From NCBI RefSeq assembly GCF_009914755.1, contig NC_060938.1: a DNA stretch of 64,000 nucleotides. One strand, given 5' to 3'. The notes under the pieces were generated by a model, which was not told where the DNA came from, did no database searches, and worked only from the letters and a program-made list of their open reading frames with translations. The stretch is from the human T2T-CHM13v2.0 reference genome, Homo sapiens. Of the stretch, positions 29,881-47,650 are shown one piece after another (positions within the stretch are counted from its first letter, which is position 1; each line of letters begins with the position of its first letter). The position numbers were made by a program, and so were the translations under genes.

Positions 29881-30929
29881 TCAATGAACCAAGCTATGCA
29901 CACAGAGCATATCTAGGAGGCAGAGAATCATACAGTCTAGTCATACTCAGGAGGAAACTGTTTAGCATTCAGAGGTGAATTCTGGAAGAAAGATGAAAAA
30001 GGAACTCAGAATTACTGCTTTAATTTCAGAAACACTAAACATGAAATGACAGAAGATTAGAAGATTTTTGTAGAGTTTGTACATGTTGCTTTAGAATAGA
30101 TTCCTGGAGCAAAAGTAGAAATGGCTTACCATTAGAGCAAGCAGGTTAGCTCAAGAGGCTATACTAAGCTACTTTTGCACACCTGGTGGCACCACATCCT
30201 ATTTGCAGTCTGCAAACATCATCACCTCCCTTAAATGTGACACTTGTTATATCTCAGAGGCAAGTTAATCTTACTCAACTGTATAGAATAGATTAGAGGG
30301 TGGAGAGAGCTAGCTGATTTAAACTCTAGGTGAATGTTAGAAACAAATACTGAAATTGAAAGTCAGAAAGAGAGGCAGGTTTTGTGTGAAAAGCAGTTAG
30401 ATTTTGACTTGTGTAATAATAAGATCTCTTGAGTAAATAAAACAAAATTTCTCTTAGGAGTTCATCAGTTTCCTTTGCAGTCCTAACTCACTAGGGATGT
30501 CAGAGTTAGGGTCATTATAGCATTCTTTGTGAGTTACAGTTAGTTGTAGCCTGTTTGCATTTACTGATTTTTATGAGATAAAGTTGCTTTACTACCATTT
30601 GCCTACAAATTGTAATGGAAATTAAAATCTATGGGTCTGTGATGTGAATAGTTCTCCTGGGGTTGGACAGTGCACACCTGCATGACTATAGGCAAAACCA
30701 TGTCAGATGAGATGTTTATTTAAAAATAAATGGCTCACCTACTTCCCTAAAATTTTTCTTTGAAATGACTACCAAAGATACAGGTAGGACTGATTGAGAA
30801 AAGGCAGAAATTGAAGGTCTGAAAAGAGAGAAAAGTCAAGAAAGAAGAATAAAAAGATGTAGTCTGGGAAGTATTAGGCAAATTAGGCTTGAGCAATATT
30901 ATGAAAGTTTTCAGCATTGTTCCCTTATA

Positions 30930-33540
<2,611 letters not shown>

Positions 33541-34498
33541 ATGCTATTCTGTCATGCCTCAATCAATCTTCATCACAGAGCACAGTCTCTTCATCATTTC
33601 CCACAAAATCCAGTTACAGCAAGTAATTATTTTTCAATAGACTTTATTGGAGTCTATTTGAATAATTGGCAGATAAAGTCCCATTTTTGTTGTATGTTAC
33701 TTTTTGCCATCTTGGAGGGTTTTACCATTTTTTCCTTTACTTATCTCCCACCCTATCCCCAGATGCCTCTCCCTGTAATATTAAACCTATTCTTTCTTCT
33801 TTGATCCTACTTGGTGTTATTTTCTTCTCTAATCATTGTCCAAAACCAATGAAGTTCTCTTAGAACTTTGGAAGAATTCAAATGAATTAGAATTATATTT
33901 TGTTATAAATATTAAAGTCCCAGGTAAGTTGCATATAGATCATTTCAAAATGTCTTTTCAAGCTATCCAATGACATTTTGGCTGGCTGCTGCTTGTGAAA
34001 CCACCAAGATCTCCATCCTCCTTCTTTCTTTCTTTGTCTCTCTCCACCTGAATTAATTTTTGTCCTTTCATAGATGAGACCTATTTTTTTTTGTAACTTG
34101 GAGAGAGGTGAGAAAATTTGGATCAGTAAAAAGGCTAAGGTGAAGAGATGAGAAAATATTGGAGGAGGAAGGCATACCATCTGTTCTCCACTTGTCTCCT
34201 CATACTGATTTTGAGCCCCCTGTAGAGACAGAATTTTAGAGATAGAAGTGGATTGAAATATGTTCAAAAGGAGCTTTGTGAGATGTACAGAAAATACACT
34301 CTCTTTTCCAGCACTAATGGACATTCTAAAAAATTGGGCATGTATTAGGCTACAAAGGAAGCTTCAATATTGGAGACATTGTAGCTGCATTCTCTTTTTG
34401 GTCAGAAGCAAGACAGGGATAACCACTATCAGTGCTACTCTTTGTTATTTTCCTCCAGTAGTATGTTTGCAGAAATATTCTTTAGTGTATACATCAGA

Positions 34499-34894
34499 TG
34501 ATATCGTTTGGATATTTCTCCCCACTCAAATGTTGAAATTTAATCCCCAGTGCTGGAGGTGGGGCCTGATGGGATGTGTTTGGATCATGGCAGCAGATCC
34601 CTCATGGCTTAGTGCTGTCTTTGTGATAATGAGCTCTTGTGAGGTCTGGTTATTTAAAAGTGTGTGACACTTTCCAACCCCAATTTGCTCCTTCTTTCGC
34701 CATGTTACATGCATGCTGCTTCTTTGCCTTCTACCATGACTGTAAGCTTCTTGAGGCCTCCCCAGAAGCTGATCAGATGCCAACACCATACTTCCTGTAA
34801 AGCCTGCAGAACTGTGAGCCAGTCAAACCTCTTTTCTTTATAAGTTATCCAGTCTCAGGTATTTCTTTATAGCAATGAATGAATAGCTAATACA
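34499..34894 (+). mobile_element. MST (MaLR) solo LTR
   Basis: tgatatcgtttggat...ccagtctcaggtatttctttatagcaatg...ctaataca. Confidence 0.85.
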
Positions 34895-36519
34895 GTAGGG
34901 ACTATGCCTAGCACTTTCTAGGCAGCAATGGAAGGGCTTTGTATATTCAGTAGTGAGTGTTCTTGTTGTTGGTTGAGTGAATTTGTAGTGTTAGGGTGAG
35001 TAGTGTGAGATTTGATTGATTAGAGAATTCCCTGTGCTGTGTTTAAACATTGTTTTTGGCTGTATAGCATTGAATTCTCACTGCCTATCTCTGCTGGAGA
35101 GTCTGTGATCTATTTAATATATCTTAATATCTTTCTTTTCTACTTAAATTAGCTTAGTAGATTTTATTAAGTTACATCTGAATATTTGACTGACAAAAAG
35201 AGGATCTTGCTAAAGCTAAGATAGTAAAAATAGTATAGTAGTATTGCAGAGAAACAACAAGATGAATATAAAACTCAGGAAGTTCAATAGGTACATTTGT
35301 GAATCAAGTTCATAGGTGAGTCTAATATGATAACGATGATGCCACAAATCTTTAGGGAATGGTGGATTATTTAGTAGATTGTGCTATTAAAACTGTCCTG
35401 CTCTATGGAGAAAAATAAAGTAGTTGGGTCTTCTACAGATGTAAATTTTAGATGAATTAAAACCTAAATGTAAAAAACAAATCTATAAAGATAATAAACA
35501 CAGTGTGGGAAAATGTATTTGTGGCTTTGGGGTGAAGAATGATTTCTAAATCAAAATCCCTAAAGCCCAATAAGGTGAAAAAAATGATAATGTTGATTCC
35601 TTCAAAATTAAGGATTTCCATTAAAAAAAAAGGACACCATAGACAAAGCTAATAGACTGGGACCATATTAGAAAAAGATACTTGTGATTTTGGATACAGC
35701 AAAAAATTAATATATGAGAAACTCTTATGATTTACTGAGAAAAACTAGAGGTCTAATTTTAAAGTGAGAAATCATGTATATGGATAACATGGGAAAGGGA
35801 AATACAAATGGCTCAATAGACTAATAATCAGGGTAATGCAAGTTGACATTCCATACTCAGTAGATTGGTAAAAGTAGACAGTTTTATAATACTAAGTGTT
35901 GTTGAGGTTATGGAAAGACTGGAATGCTCATGCACTGCTCGTAGAAGTGTAAGTGGCTGTAGCTACTTTCAATCATTACCGTCGTGAAATTGAGTATGTG
36001 TATGTACTATGATTGAACAATCCTTGCTGGGGACATATCCTAGAGAAATTCTCACATAGTTAATAGGTGAAATGTAAAAAAAAAATGTTAATTGCTGTGT
36101 TTGCAGGAGTTACAGGCAGCCTATAATTCCATCACTAGGGGATTGCCTAAGTAAGTGTGGTGCATGCTGAAATACTGTGCAGTAGTTACTTTGAACCAAA
36201 AGTACATAACCAGTATCTAAAAAGAGTTTTAAGTTATCTGTAGCTCTGTACTAATTGGCTTCAGTAAGAAGCTGCTTAAAGCCTTAATCAGCTTACTTGT
36301 CAAATTGTATTCCTTTTGTGTTCCCCTCTGTGTTTTGGTTGTCAGAAATTTCAGAGCTCAAATTAATCATAGTAGCGATCTTAGTCCTTCCACTAAATAT
36401 ATCTGTCCACTTCCCTTTGATTTTTCTATCCTCATTTTAGAGGCATTTTTGAATTCTGTATTTTATTTGGAAGCTTTTTGAGGTCGTATATATAAATAAA
36501 AGGTTTCTGTTGGACCTAA

Positions 36520-36920
<401 letters not shown>

Positions 36921-37224
36921 TAAAGAAAGGAAAGGGGATGCATAAAGCAACCATCTGAAGATGGAAAGAGAAGTGTGTTACTCCATGAAAGTATGTGTTT
37001 AATAGCCACTCACCTGAATGAAGAACATCTTTTAGTATTCAGAAAGCTTTTCCAAAAGGCAGTTATTTCCTCTGGATAGCCTTCATATTCCTATGGAAAT
37101 TGAATAAGGATGAAAAATTTGAACAAAAGCAAAGGACATGAAATCTCTTGAAGATATGAGAAGCTGTGAACACTTGTCTTAGAGGGTGCATGGAGAAATT
37201 ATTTTTCATGAGTTCCCATGTAGT

Positions 37225-37238
37225 CCGCTAGGTGGCGG
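37225..37238 (+). promoter_or_regulatory. CTCF-like motif upstream of TRAV2
   Basis: CCGCTAGGTGGCGG vs core CCASYAGRKGGCRS; retained CpGs in AT-rich context. Confidence 0.65.
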
Positions 37239-37793
37239 AGGTTACATAAAAACCCTACTGTATAAACACTGAATTGCTACACACTTGTGTTTTCTCTTCT
37301 TTTTCAAGTAAAATCCCAAGGAAACCTGTAGAGTATAATAAAAGCTGGAGATAGAACTTTGTAGTAAGCCCTATATTAATAACAATAACAGTGTCAGGTT
37401 GCAAAATGAGGATAGGTACCATACCAAAAGAGATGATCTCCAAATGCAGTTTTTGTTTCTTTTGTTTACAGAAAAATTACAACTGATTTTTTTTTCCATA
37501 TTTGTTCCAAAGATCACCTTGAATGCAAGGAATCAAATTTTGATCAGTATATTTACACAGTAACTTTTGTACCTTAAAAAATTCATTTCTTATCTACTGC
37601 AGCTACTAATATCTCACGCTAATTATTTTAAACACATTAGCAGGTCATCATGTCATATGTGACAGGACTTAGCATACTTTTTGTGTGACTATATCACTTT
37701 AATTTGTGTGATGAAGCAGTGCCCCATTAATTATGTGACTCCTTCTAATACCCTTAGAGAAGAAAGGAAGCTCCTTGAATACTAAATTTGCAC

Positions 37794-37865
37794 AACCACA
37801 GTGACCTTATAAAGGATGCATTCCCTTTTAAGATTAATTTCTCAGAACAAAGCACAGTGACGTCA
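37794..37865 (+). promoter_or_regulatory. TRAV2 promoter motifs (RUNX, full CRE)
   Basis: AACCACA 37794-37800; palindromic TGACGTCA 37858-37865, ~140 bp before ATG. Confidence 0.6.
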
Positions 37866-38003
37866 TTACTAAGCAGCCTCACAACTGTAGCAACCCTTCT
37901 AAAGGTTGTAGATTCTGGCTGATGATGTCACTGACACAAAGGAAAAAATGCAAAACAGGTAGTCTTAAATAAGCATTCTGGTGAGACCAACTGCATTTTG
38001 GCC

Positions 38004-38516
38004 ATGGCTTTGCAGAGCACTCTGGGGGCGGTGTGGCTAGGGCTTCTCCTCAACTCTCTCTGGAAGGGTGAGTAGCCTCCTTCACTATTTGGTTTTGTAA
38101 AAGTGTATGAAATTGTTTTAAAATTTGGACTCATTTTTAATACAAAAACAAGAGAAGTCAGATCTAACATTCACTGTACCTAAGGGGCAATCAACAAGCC
38201 AAATAGTACTATTAAAGTGACAGCCCTTTTTGTTTTCTGTAGTTGCAGAAAGCAAGGACCAAGTGTTTCAGCCTTCCACAGTGGCATCTTCAGAGGGAGC
38301 TGTGGTGGAAATCTTCTGTAATCACTCTGTGTCCAATGCTTACAACTTCTTCTGGTACCTTCACTTCCCGGGATGTGCACCAAGACTCCTTGTTAAAGGC
38401 TCAAAGCCTTCTCAGCAGGGACGATACAACATGACCTATGAACGGTTCTCTTCATCGCTGCTCATCCTCCAGGTGCGGGAGGCAGATGCTGCTGTTTACT
38501 ACTGTGCTGTGGAGGA
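38004..38516 (+). CDS. TRAV2: T cell receptor alpha variable 2 (germline V segment)
   Basis: Leader exon 38004-38067 (MALQSTLGAVWLGLLLNSLWK), GT-AG intron, V exon 38243-38516 (KDQVFQPSTVASSEG...FCNHSVSNAYNFFWY...YYCAVE), then RSS. Confidence 0.97.
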
Positions 38517-38555
38517 CACAGAGGCAGGGAACCCATGAAGAGCTGAACAGAAACA
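38517..38555 (+). other. TRAV2 23-RSS
   Basis: CACAGAG + 23 nt + ACAGAAACA. Confidence 0.95.
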
Positions 38556-38714
38556 GAGATCACAGCCTTTGCAGGAGGCAAAACAGAGATGAGCAATAAC
38601 TTTTTCCTCCTTAATTCAGTATTACCCAAGCTTTTTCATTTGGTACTGCTATTAGGAAAAAAAATTGAGTCCAGACATACTATATATTAACAAATGTCTA
38701 TAAAAATATGCTTT

Positions 38715-39008
38715 TAATTTTTTTTTGAGACACAGTCTTGCTCTGTCATACAAGTTGGAGTGCGGTGGCATGAGCATAGCTCATTGTAACCTCAAACTCC
38801 AGGGCTCAAGGGTAGCTGGGACTCAGCCTTCTGACTAGGTGAGACTATAGGCATGTACCACCATGCCTAGTGAATTTTCCTCCTTTTTGTAGACACGAGT
38901 TCTCTCTGTGTCATCCAGACTGGTCTCAAACTCCTGGCTTCAAGTGATTCTCCTGCTTTGGCCTCCAAAAGTGTTGGGATTACAGATGTGAGCCAATGCA
39001 CCTGGACC
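38715..39008 (-). mobile_element. AluJ
   Basis: Diverged reverse dimer with J-type 'catagctcattgtaacctcaaactcc'. Confidence 0.8.
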
Positions 39009-39967
39009 AGAAAATATGTTTTTAAAGGGTGATTATTTCAAATAGTCTTCCTGATATCTGAAACACTTTTGACTCATTTTCTTGAGATCTGATTAGATTA
39101 TTTTTGTTTTTCCCTCATAAAATGGCTGATGATGAACTTGTGATAGTAGTAAGAGGCATGTCCACTCTTCCATTTTCTTCTCTTTTTTAAAAATTCAGAC
39201 AGGCTGGAGTGCAGTGGCATGATCATAGCTCACTGCGGCCTTGAACTTCTGGCCTCCAGTGATCCTCCTGCCTTGACCTCCCAAAGCACTGGGATTATAG
39301 GTGTGAGCCACCAAGGCCAGTCAACTCTTTCATTTTCTTATTGCTGTCTGTGCTTACCTTTTAAATACTATCTGCTAACTTCAGTCTTTTTGCAGCAATA
39401 TTTTCAAAACATGTCAATTTGTAAAGGATGGTTTAGTTAACATTGGGTAATGTAATAAGAAGTGAGAAAGGAAGGAATAAATGAGTGGCTGATACCTACA
39501 GCCCTGCATTTGAAATCTCAATCCGTGCCTCAGTATACTTTGCTTATAATCTAGCATACAGTCCTGTTGAGGGTGCCAGTCAATGAGTATATGAAATATT
39601 AGTCAAACTGAATCTCCTTCATAATATTTAAACTAAAAACAAATGCAAATGGAAGTATTTGTACTCATTGCAATGCATTCTTCCCACACTCCTGTTAATT
39701 AGCTTGGTCCTCCCACCCCAGATGTGTCCCTCCCACTTTAGAGACCAATGCCTTAGGGTAGCCCAGTGGTTCTTAATATATTTTATCCTCCTAGATCGGA
39801 AGTTTTGTGAAAATTGGATTTGTTTTCTTGGGGGGCCATATTCTAGATAAACTCAATCAGAGTTTGCAGGGGTGGGACCCAGAAGTCTATATTTTCCATA
39901 AAGCTCTGCTGGTGATTGTTTTGCTCAGCCAGGGTTGATCTGTGAATTTCAGATTTTGGACCCCAGG

Positions 39968-40341
39968 TGTATTACTCCATTCTCACGCTGCAATAAAGAA
40001 ATACCCAAGACTGGGTAATTTATAAAGAAAAGAGGTTTAATTGACTTACAGTTCTGCATGGCTGGGAAGGTCTCAGGATACTTACAATCATGATGGAAGG
40101 CAAAGGGGAAGAAAGGCACCTTCTTCACAGGGCAGCAGGAAGGAGAAGTGCCAGCAGGGGAAGTGCCAGACACGTATAAAACCATCAGATCTCGCAAGAA
40201 CTCATTCACTATCATGAGAACAGCATGGGGGATGCCATCTCCATGATTCAATTACCTCCCACCGGGTCCCTCCCACAACATGTGGGGATTATTACAATTC
40301 AAGGTGAGATGTGGATGGGGACACACAGCCAAACCATATTA
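39968..40341 (-). mobile_element. THE1 (MaLR) solo LTR
   Basis: tgtattactccattctc...cagccaaaccatatta; 5-bp TSD ccagg at 39963-39967 and 40342-40346. Confidence 0.9.
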
Positions 40342-40497
40342 CCAGGTCTTGAGGCTTTAACCACTATTCTCTACTTCCTTTTAGGTAGAATTTTAGTAAC
40401 AGAGAAGGGCTTCAGGAAGTGAACTGTACAGTGCTATTGCTTGCTTACACAGTAGACTTTCAGCAAATGCTGACATTTGGAATAAAAAGTGAAGGGC

Positions 40498-41115
<618 letters not shown>

Positions 41116-41296
41116 TTAGTAATATCAATTGTCATGAAACTTTGCCAAAATGTCATAAGATTGATTCTTAAATGCAAATTTTTAATAACACCCAAATATT
41201 TCCATTGGATATAAGTGTAAATTGGTATGTTTGTGCTTGTATTACTTCTTTAGGCATATTATATTTTGGGTTGTTGCTTGCTTAAAAGTGTGTTAA

Positions 41297-41612
<316 letters not shown>

Positions 41613-42395
41613 TAATCTTACTTTTTAATCAAATGAAATTCTTGAGAAGAGGAAGCATATGTGATCCTTCTTTCAGGTTGTCCTGCATAGTTCTGTGTGC
41701 ACTGTAGTGGCTCAATAAATCATGAACACAGGTGTGACCTCATTGCTTTGGCAAGAGAGACCAGAGACAGAAAATTCCCTTTGGTTACATTAGGAAGTTC
41801 TTTCCAGTTCACAGAGGAGTCTGTACATGTGGTATACTGAAAACCCTACCTTTTACCCTGGTGTTTTGATTCTATAATTCAAACTGTCAACAACTAGTCT
41901 TCTACCAGATTTTTTCCAGCTTACATGAAGAACACTAAAGGCATTATTATCCAAAGGGGAAAATGGAAAAAGAGAGTGAAATAAGAGGAAAATGCAGTTG
42001 ATGCATTTTTCTTACAACGAAGAGAGCAGCCATGAAGTCCCACTCTTAAAGTTATAACATTATGAAGCTCCCAGTTCAGTGGTGACAAGGACAGAAACAT
42101 CCACAGGAGAATAAATTTTTTTTTTTACTCCCAATCCTGGGAGTTCATATATATGAATCGAAAGGTAACTGTGTCTGTCACTGGCTCCATGAGAAATCTG
42201 AAAGACTTGCCATGCCTTGCTACTGTATCCTACGTCCTCTGACTTCACTGCTAGTTTTCTTTTCTTTTTTTTTTTTTTGACGGGGCCATGAAAACCACCT
42301 ACGGTAATCTTCTGTACCTTCTGAAAATCATGGCGCCACAGAGAATGGGGGGTATTTGGAAGGCTGTGTTGCTTTCATTTTCTTCCTAGGATTAG

Positions 42396-42665
42396 TGTTA
42401 TGGGTTGAATTATGTTCCCTACCCCTTGCCCCGCAAAAGGATTTTTTTTTGAGTAGGTGACACGGGTAAGTCCTAGCCGTCAGCACCTCAGAATGCAAAC
42501 TTATTTGGAAATAGAATCTTTATAGTGGTGATAAAATTAAAGTGAAGTCAAAAGGATGAACCTTAAGCCAATAATGACTGGCGTCCTTATAAAAAAGGGA
42601 GATCTGAACACAGAGACAGACATGCACAGAGGGCAGACAATGTGAAGAGGCACAGGGAGAAGATA
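42396..42665 (+). mobile_element. MLT1 LTR fragment
   Basis: tgttatgggttgaat...cctcagaatg...ttatttggaaatag...gtccttataaaaa. Confidence 0.7.
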
Positions 42666-44931
42666 TAAAAAATGTAGTATTTTTCAGAGGTTTGAGATAG
42701 CATGGATATAGCTGGGACCAGAACACAGCAATAAACTGTGTGGGGAGATTGAAAGTCAGATGTGAATTAAAATATTTTGCAGATGCTTGTGTAGATAGAT
42801 AATGATCTCAAGGTCCAGTTTACATTTATTTTCCCTGTGATACCTTGGAACTACATAAATTGCCTAGAAATTAGGCGTAATCTCAGGAAAAGGTAGGAAA
42901 ACTCTGATTTGACTGAGATTTGGTTTCTGATACCTGGTAGACTATAGCTTTAAATAGAAATTAAATATAGTTATGAAAAAAGTTTTTTTCCCTCCTTCAG
43001 CATCTACTTTTGTGTATTGAAATTATACTTACAGATGATTTAAAACTTTGCTTTCTTGGAAATGTATGAAATGATGATGATTTTGGTAAAAGGGATAATA
43101 CTGTCTCAAACCACATAAGGGGAAGACACTGTCAATAGGACTCTCATGGATGAATAGTATTCCCTTTGGACTCATTTTTGAAAACCTGAACAATAAAATA
43201 GAAGATTTAAAAGCTACACATAAACTCTCACAAATTCATCTGTGACATCTTTTGCATGATCTTTGTTCTAGTATTTAACTGAATTTTTCCATAATATTCT
43301 ATAGCCATTTTCTGTCCTGCTGTTGTACATTCTTTTACCAGATTATCTCAAAATGTATCCTTGATTTTGTTATTCCATAAATAAAATCCTTCAGGCTTTT
43401 TAATTTTATATATAAGAAAGAAACAAAAAGAAAAACAGCAAATCTAAATAGAAGTGCCCTCTGCTTAGTAAAGCTGTCATATTATGAACCCAATGAAACT
43501 TTGCTGCTTTACTTTCTGCTGCTACATCCCCTATCCCTTTGGGTCACCAAATAAGTTTATTCTCTAGCCTTTAAGACCTGTTGGCATTATCTCCTGTATG
43601 AGTTGTATCAGATTATTTTCTCTGCCTGAAATGCCCTCTTTCTCCCTTTATTCAGATTGTAGCCCAACCTCTATAACTTCTTCAGCTGAGGACTCTCTCC
43701 CTTGTTTGTGCTGCTATAGTATAATGATCCCCAAAGTGTTTGACTGTGTGCTATTATCAGTAAAGTATGTTACTCCTCCAACATATGCATATTTATATGC
43801 TCATAGATTATGATCGTGTGTGCAACAAACAAAAATAGAAATTAGGAAAGTTTGAGATAAATTTAATACTAAATGTTGTGATTTTCTTCTCGCACGCAGG
43901 GGGATCATCTTGTGTAGCACATCCGTGTCCCTTCTACAAGATGAACTAACTAGACTAACTTGGTCTTTAACTAGTTGGCTAAATTTCTTAAACTTTGTGA
44001 AACTCTTTCTTCTCTCATTTGCAAGAAATATCTGTAATGATTTTTCTATTGATATAATTCTTGCACATTTTACTTCAGATAGTTAACTGTTCTTCCCCTA
44101 AGTGTTCATCTACCAAAATGGGTGGTAAGTTTCTGGAGGGCAAGGATTATGTCTTGTTCCTCTGTTTATTTCTCAATGCAAATGGTATCTTACATTTAAC
44201 AGGTACTGAAAAGTGATTTGTGAGGATCAATGGATTCACAGGGTTTTCTCCTGGAATTGTCAGAATGCCAAGGCAGTTCTTAAGTAGATTCCTGGATGAG
44301 GAACCCTCTCTGCAAAGGACAACCATTTGTGATGAATGAACGGAAACAGAGCTCTTAGATCATTGCGTATAAGATGGCCTCTCATTACATGGATTTCTGC
44401 TAGCTCTGTGTACTTATTTAAAGTTTCAATCACCTGACAGTTATTTATTGGGTGCCCATAATTTGCCAATCACATGTTTTTTTCTTTATATCTGTCCCAT
44501 AAAACAAAACAAAACAAAACAAAACAAAACAAACACCCATCCTCAGAGCTTCTCTACAATAGACACACACCAAACTAAAAATAAAAATGCATGAATCTCA
44601 GGAAGAGAAGTTCTAAAAAACAATCTAGACCATCTGCCCATGGGATGCTTGATTTTCTCAACAGCATCACATCAAGGGAATTGCCAATATTTTCACAACA
44701 GCTTCTTGCAGGAGGGTTCTTGCTGCTCCCATACTGTCCATTCAAACTCCAGGCGGCTGTGAGTTGAAAATCTATTATTCTTTATGTTGAGGAAACATCT
44801 GTGTTCCTGTGGCTTCTACACCTTTGGGAATCTAAAAGAGTTCACATCTCTCCTTTACACATTTTGAACCAGATACAACATTTCCACAGAGCAGTTTTTT
44901 TCCATATTAAATATTTGTAAGTTTCCTAACC

Positions 44932-44933
<2 letters not shown>

Positions 44934-44991
<58 letters not shown>
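44934..44991. repeat. (AT)n(AC)n microsatellite
   Basis: Seen directly. Confidence 0.95.
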
Positions 44992-46854
44992 TACATATGC
45001 GCTACAATTTTGATTTCCCTCTTTGTTGTACATTTTAAACCGCTTCCAGTTGGCTTGTATTTCTTTTAATATAGAATTCTTAGAACTTAATAAAACACTT
45101 CAGATGTGGCTTGACCTATTTTAAACTACAAGGAAAGAAGGAGGAAACTGGATGAAGGTGAGGCAAGGTAAATATATTAAACCCAGAGACACTACACAAA
45201 TCTTTTCATTCCACTGAGACATGGATGGCCACTGATTCTTGATCTCCTTTGTTTGGAGGTAGGAGGGCAGAAGTTCAAATTACAGATTTGTCCCCACCTT
45301 TCTTTTGAGAGTTCCCTAACTTATGTGAAGTATGATTTGCTTAGTTGGACTGTATATTTTGTCAGTTTCATGGAAAAAGCACTGATTTCTTTGTTCTAAC
45401 AACTTTATTTTGTGCTGATTTTTCTTTGATACTTCTAAAATAAATGTAATGTACATTTCAGAGTCTAATATTTGCAAAGGGATTTGTCATTAGTTTACAT
45501 GAGCCATTTCTTGTCTCTTGTGAAATCAATGATATTTACAGAGTTCTGATTTTTTTTTTTTTTTTTTAAAGAAACAAGGTCTTGTTATGTTGCTCAGGCT
45601 TGCCTTGAACTCCTGGTCTCAAGGGATCCCGCCCCCACCCCCGCCCTGTCTCAGCCTCCCAAGTGGCTGTGACTATAGTCATGTGCCACCGTGACAAGCT
45701 AAGAGTTCTGATGTTTGCAAGTAGTTTCTTGAGAAAGGCATTGGCAGCCTTGGTGAGGCATCTGGAGTCTCAGACTGATACTCCTTGACACTGCTCTGTG
45801 CTACTCTAATTGCCCTTGTGTTGTGATGTGCATGTTTCAGTGGTAGTAAAGGAAACTACCCTGAGGGGAGCACAGACATCTACCTGCAGCATTTTGGGCA
45901 CATTCCCCATTGGCCCACCCATCTCATATTTGACTGACCTCTAAATGGATAGCACTACACCCAGTTTACTATGGTTTGGAGAAACAGTTCATGTCAACTT
46001 TCTGTGAATGTCATGGTTCTTTCAATAGAAATCGGAGAGTTGGACAGAATAGCTAAAAGGTGGTCCAGACTGGGTGCATATGGCAAATTGATAAGAAAGA
46101 GTCAAGTTTTCATCAAACTTTCTGTACATAAACCTGTACCAGCATAGCAGTGAGCAAGAGGTGCAGGAGAAGGTGGATGACCTTTGAGTGCTGGTGATTT
46201 AGAATTAATTATCCAGGAGTTGTTTTGGTTCAGTGGCACATACATGTGGGATCGGCATTTGGTATAATGCACTCAATGGACAATATGACCTCTAAAGTTC
46301 TATTTAACTTATTCAAGCTTGATTCTGTAATTTTATTATGATAAGGAAGCTGCTTTCCAATATTATATTGTCTTTAATAGAAAGCAAATTACCAAAATTG
46401 ATATTCCCCCTATATGATTTAAAGGAATATGCCTTTGAAGTCGGTAAAATATGGGTTAAAAATCTTTGTTCTTTTTCTTAAGGATGATGAGCAAATTATT
46501 CAATTTTCCTCAACTGTGGTCCCCTCATCTCTAAAATGGGGCATCTTAGGAAGAGTAAATGTGACAAAGAATGTAAAGGGTTTAATGTTATGCTCACGGT
46601 GACATTTGATGAATAATTTCTTAATTAATCTCAGAAATCAAAGCAGATAAGCTGAATAGCTACTGAGGCTATGTTGTTCAATTTTGAAATTTCAGTCTAG
46701 GCCCTTGGAATTCTTTGGGTGCTGCTGGTTACTTTGTGTGCAGTGCATTATATGGAGGTCCCTGAATCCTTCTCTATCTGCTGAGCAGTTAAAAGGCAGT
46801 TCTTTAACTGGAAGCAAACACGAAGACTAAACTGTCCTAGTTTTGAGGAAGAAT

Positions 46855-46940
46855 AAGAAGGAGGAGGAGGAGGAGGAGGAGGAGAAGGAGAAAATGAAGA
46901 TGAAGAAGACGAGAAGAAGAAGAAGATTAAGAAGAAGATG
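46855..46940. repeat. (GAG)n/(GAA)n purine-rich tract
   Basis: Seen directly. Confidence 0.85.
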
Positions 46941-47297
46941 ATTAAGGATTCTGCAACAGTTCTGTCATTGCAAATGACTACCCATTTCTAACCACGACAT
47001 AAATTCAGAGGAAAACTTTCCTCTTTCTATAGCTGAACATGCTTAATTAATAAATATGGTTAGTTCCTTCCATAAGTATCCTTTAGGGGGAGACCACTAA
47101 ACAATCAACCATTTCTAGCACAAAATTAAAAATATCAGTCTCCTAAATATTTAGTTCACTTGAGGCTCTTGGCATTAATTATTAAATGGATGAAGGCAAA
47201 CAATATCTCAGCCACTTGCACGATCTAGGCATAATCTTGTGTGCTGTATCTGTAGAGGTCAGAGGAAGTAGGGATTGGAAAAATAATCAAGGCACTG

Positions 47298-47650
47298 AAG
47301 TCTACACTAGACTACTGTTTTAGTTAAACTTATTTTATTTGCTTTTTTATGTTGATCATATCATATGTTGATATATGCCCATATATGCGTTTATAGGGCA
47401 GCAATAAACTCCAGTGTCAGGAGGCTGGACAGTCTCTGTTTTCCTCTTCAGGTCTATTCTATCCTGCTCTGTACTAAAGTCTATATTAGACTATTGTTTT
47501 AAACTTATTTTATTTGTCTTTTTATGTTTGTCAAAATGCAGTATAGCTATGCCCGTATATGCATTTGTAGGGCAGCAATAAACTCCAGCATCAGAGGGCT
47601 GGACATTTCTCCATTTTCCTCTTCAGGTCTATTATATCCTGCTCTGTACC
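47298..47650 (+). repeat. Diverged ~179-bp tandem duplication
   Basis: Both units share 'tagggcagcaataaactccag' and 'ttttcctcttcaggtctatt.tatcctgctctgtac'. Confidence 0.9.

Noticed and set aside
33893-34667. 143-aa and 135-aa ORFs
   Set aside because: No recognisable domain or splice structure; the second runs into an MST LTR
37797-37859. Two perfect CACAGTG heptamers in the TRAV2 promoter (37797, 37853), and one in the V exon (38277), as cryptic RSSs
   Set aside because: No nonamer-like sequence at 12- or 23-bp spacing; the promoter copies overlap RUNX and CRE motifs
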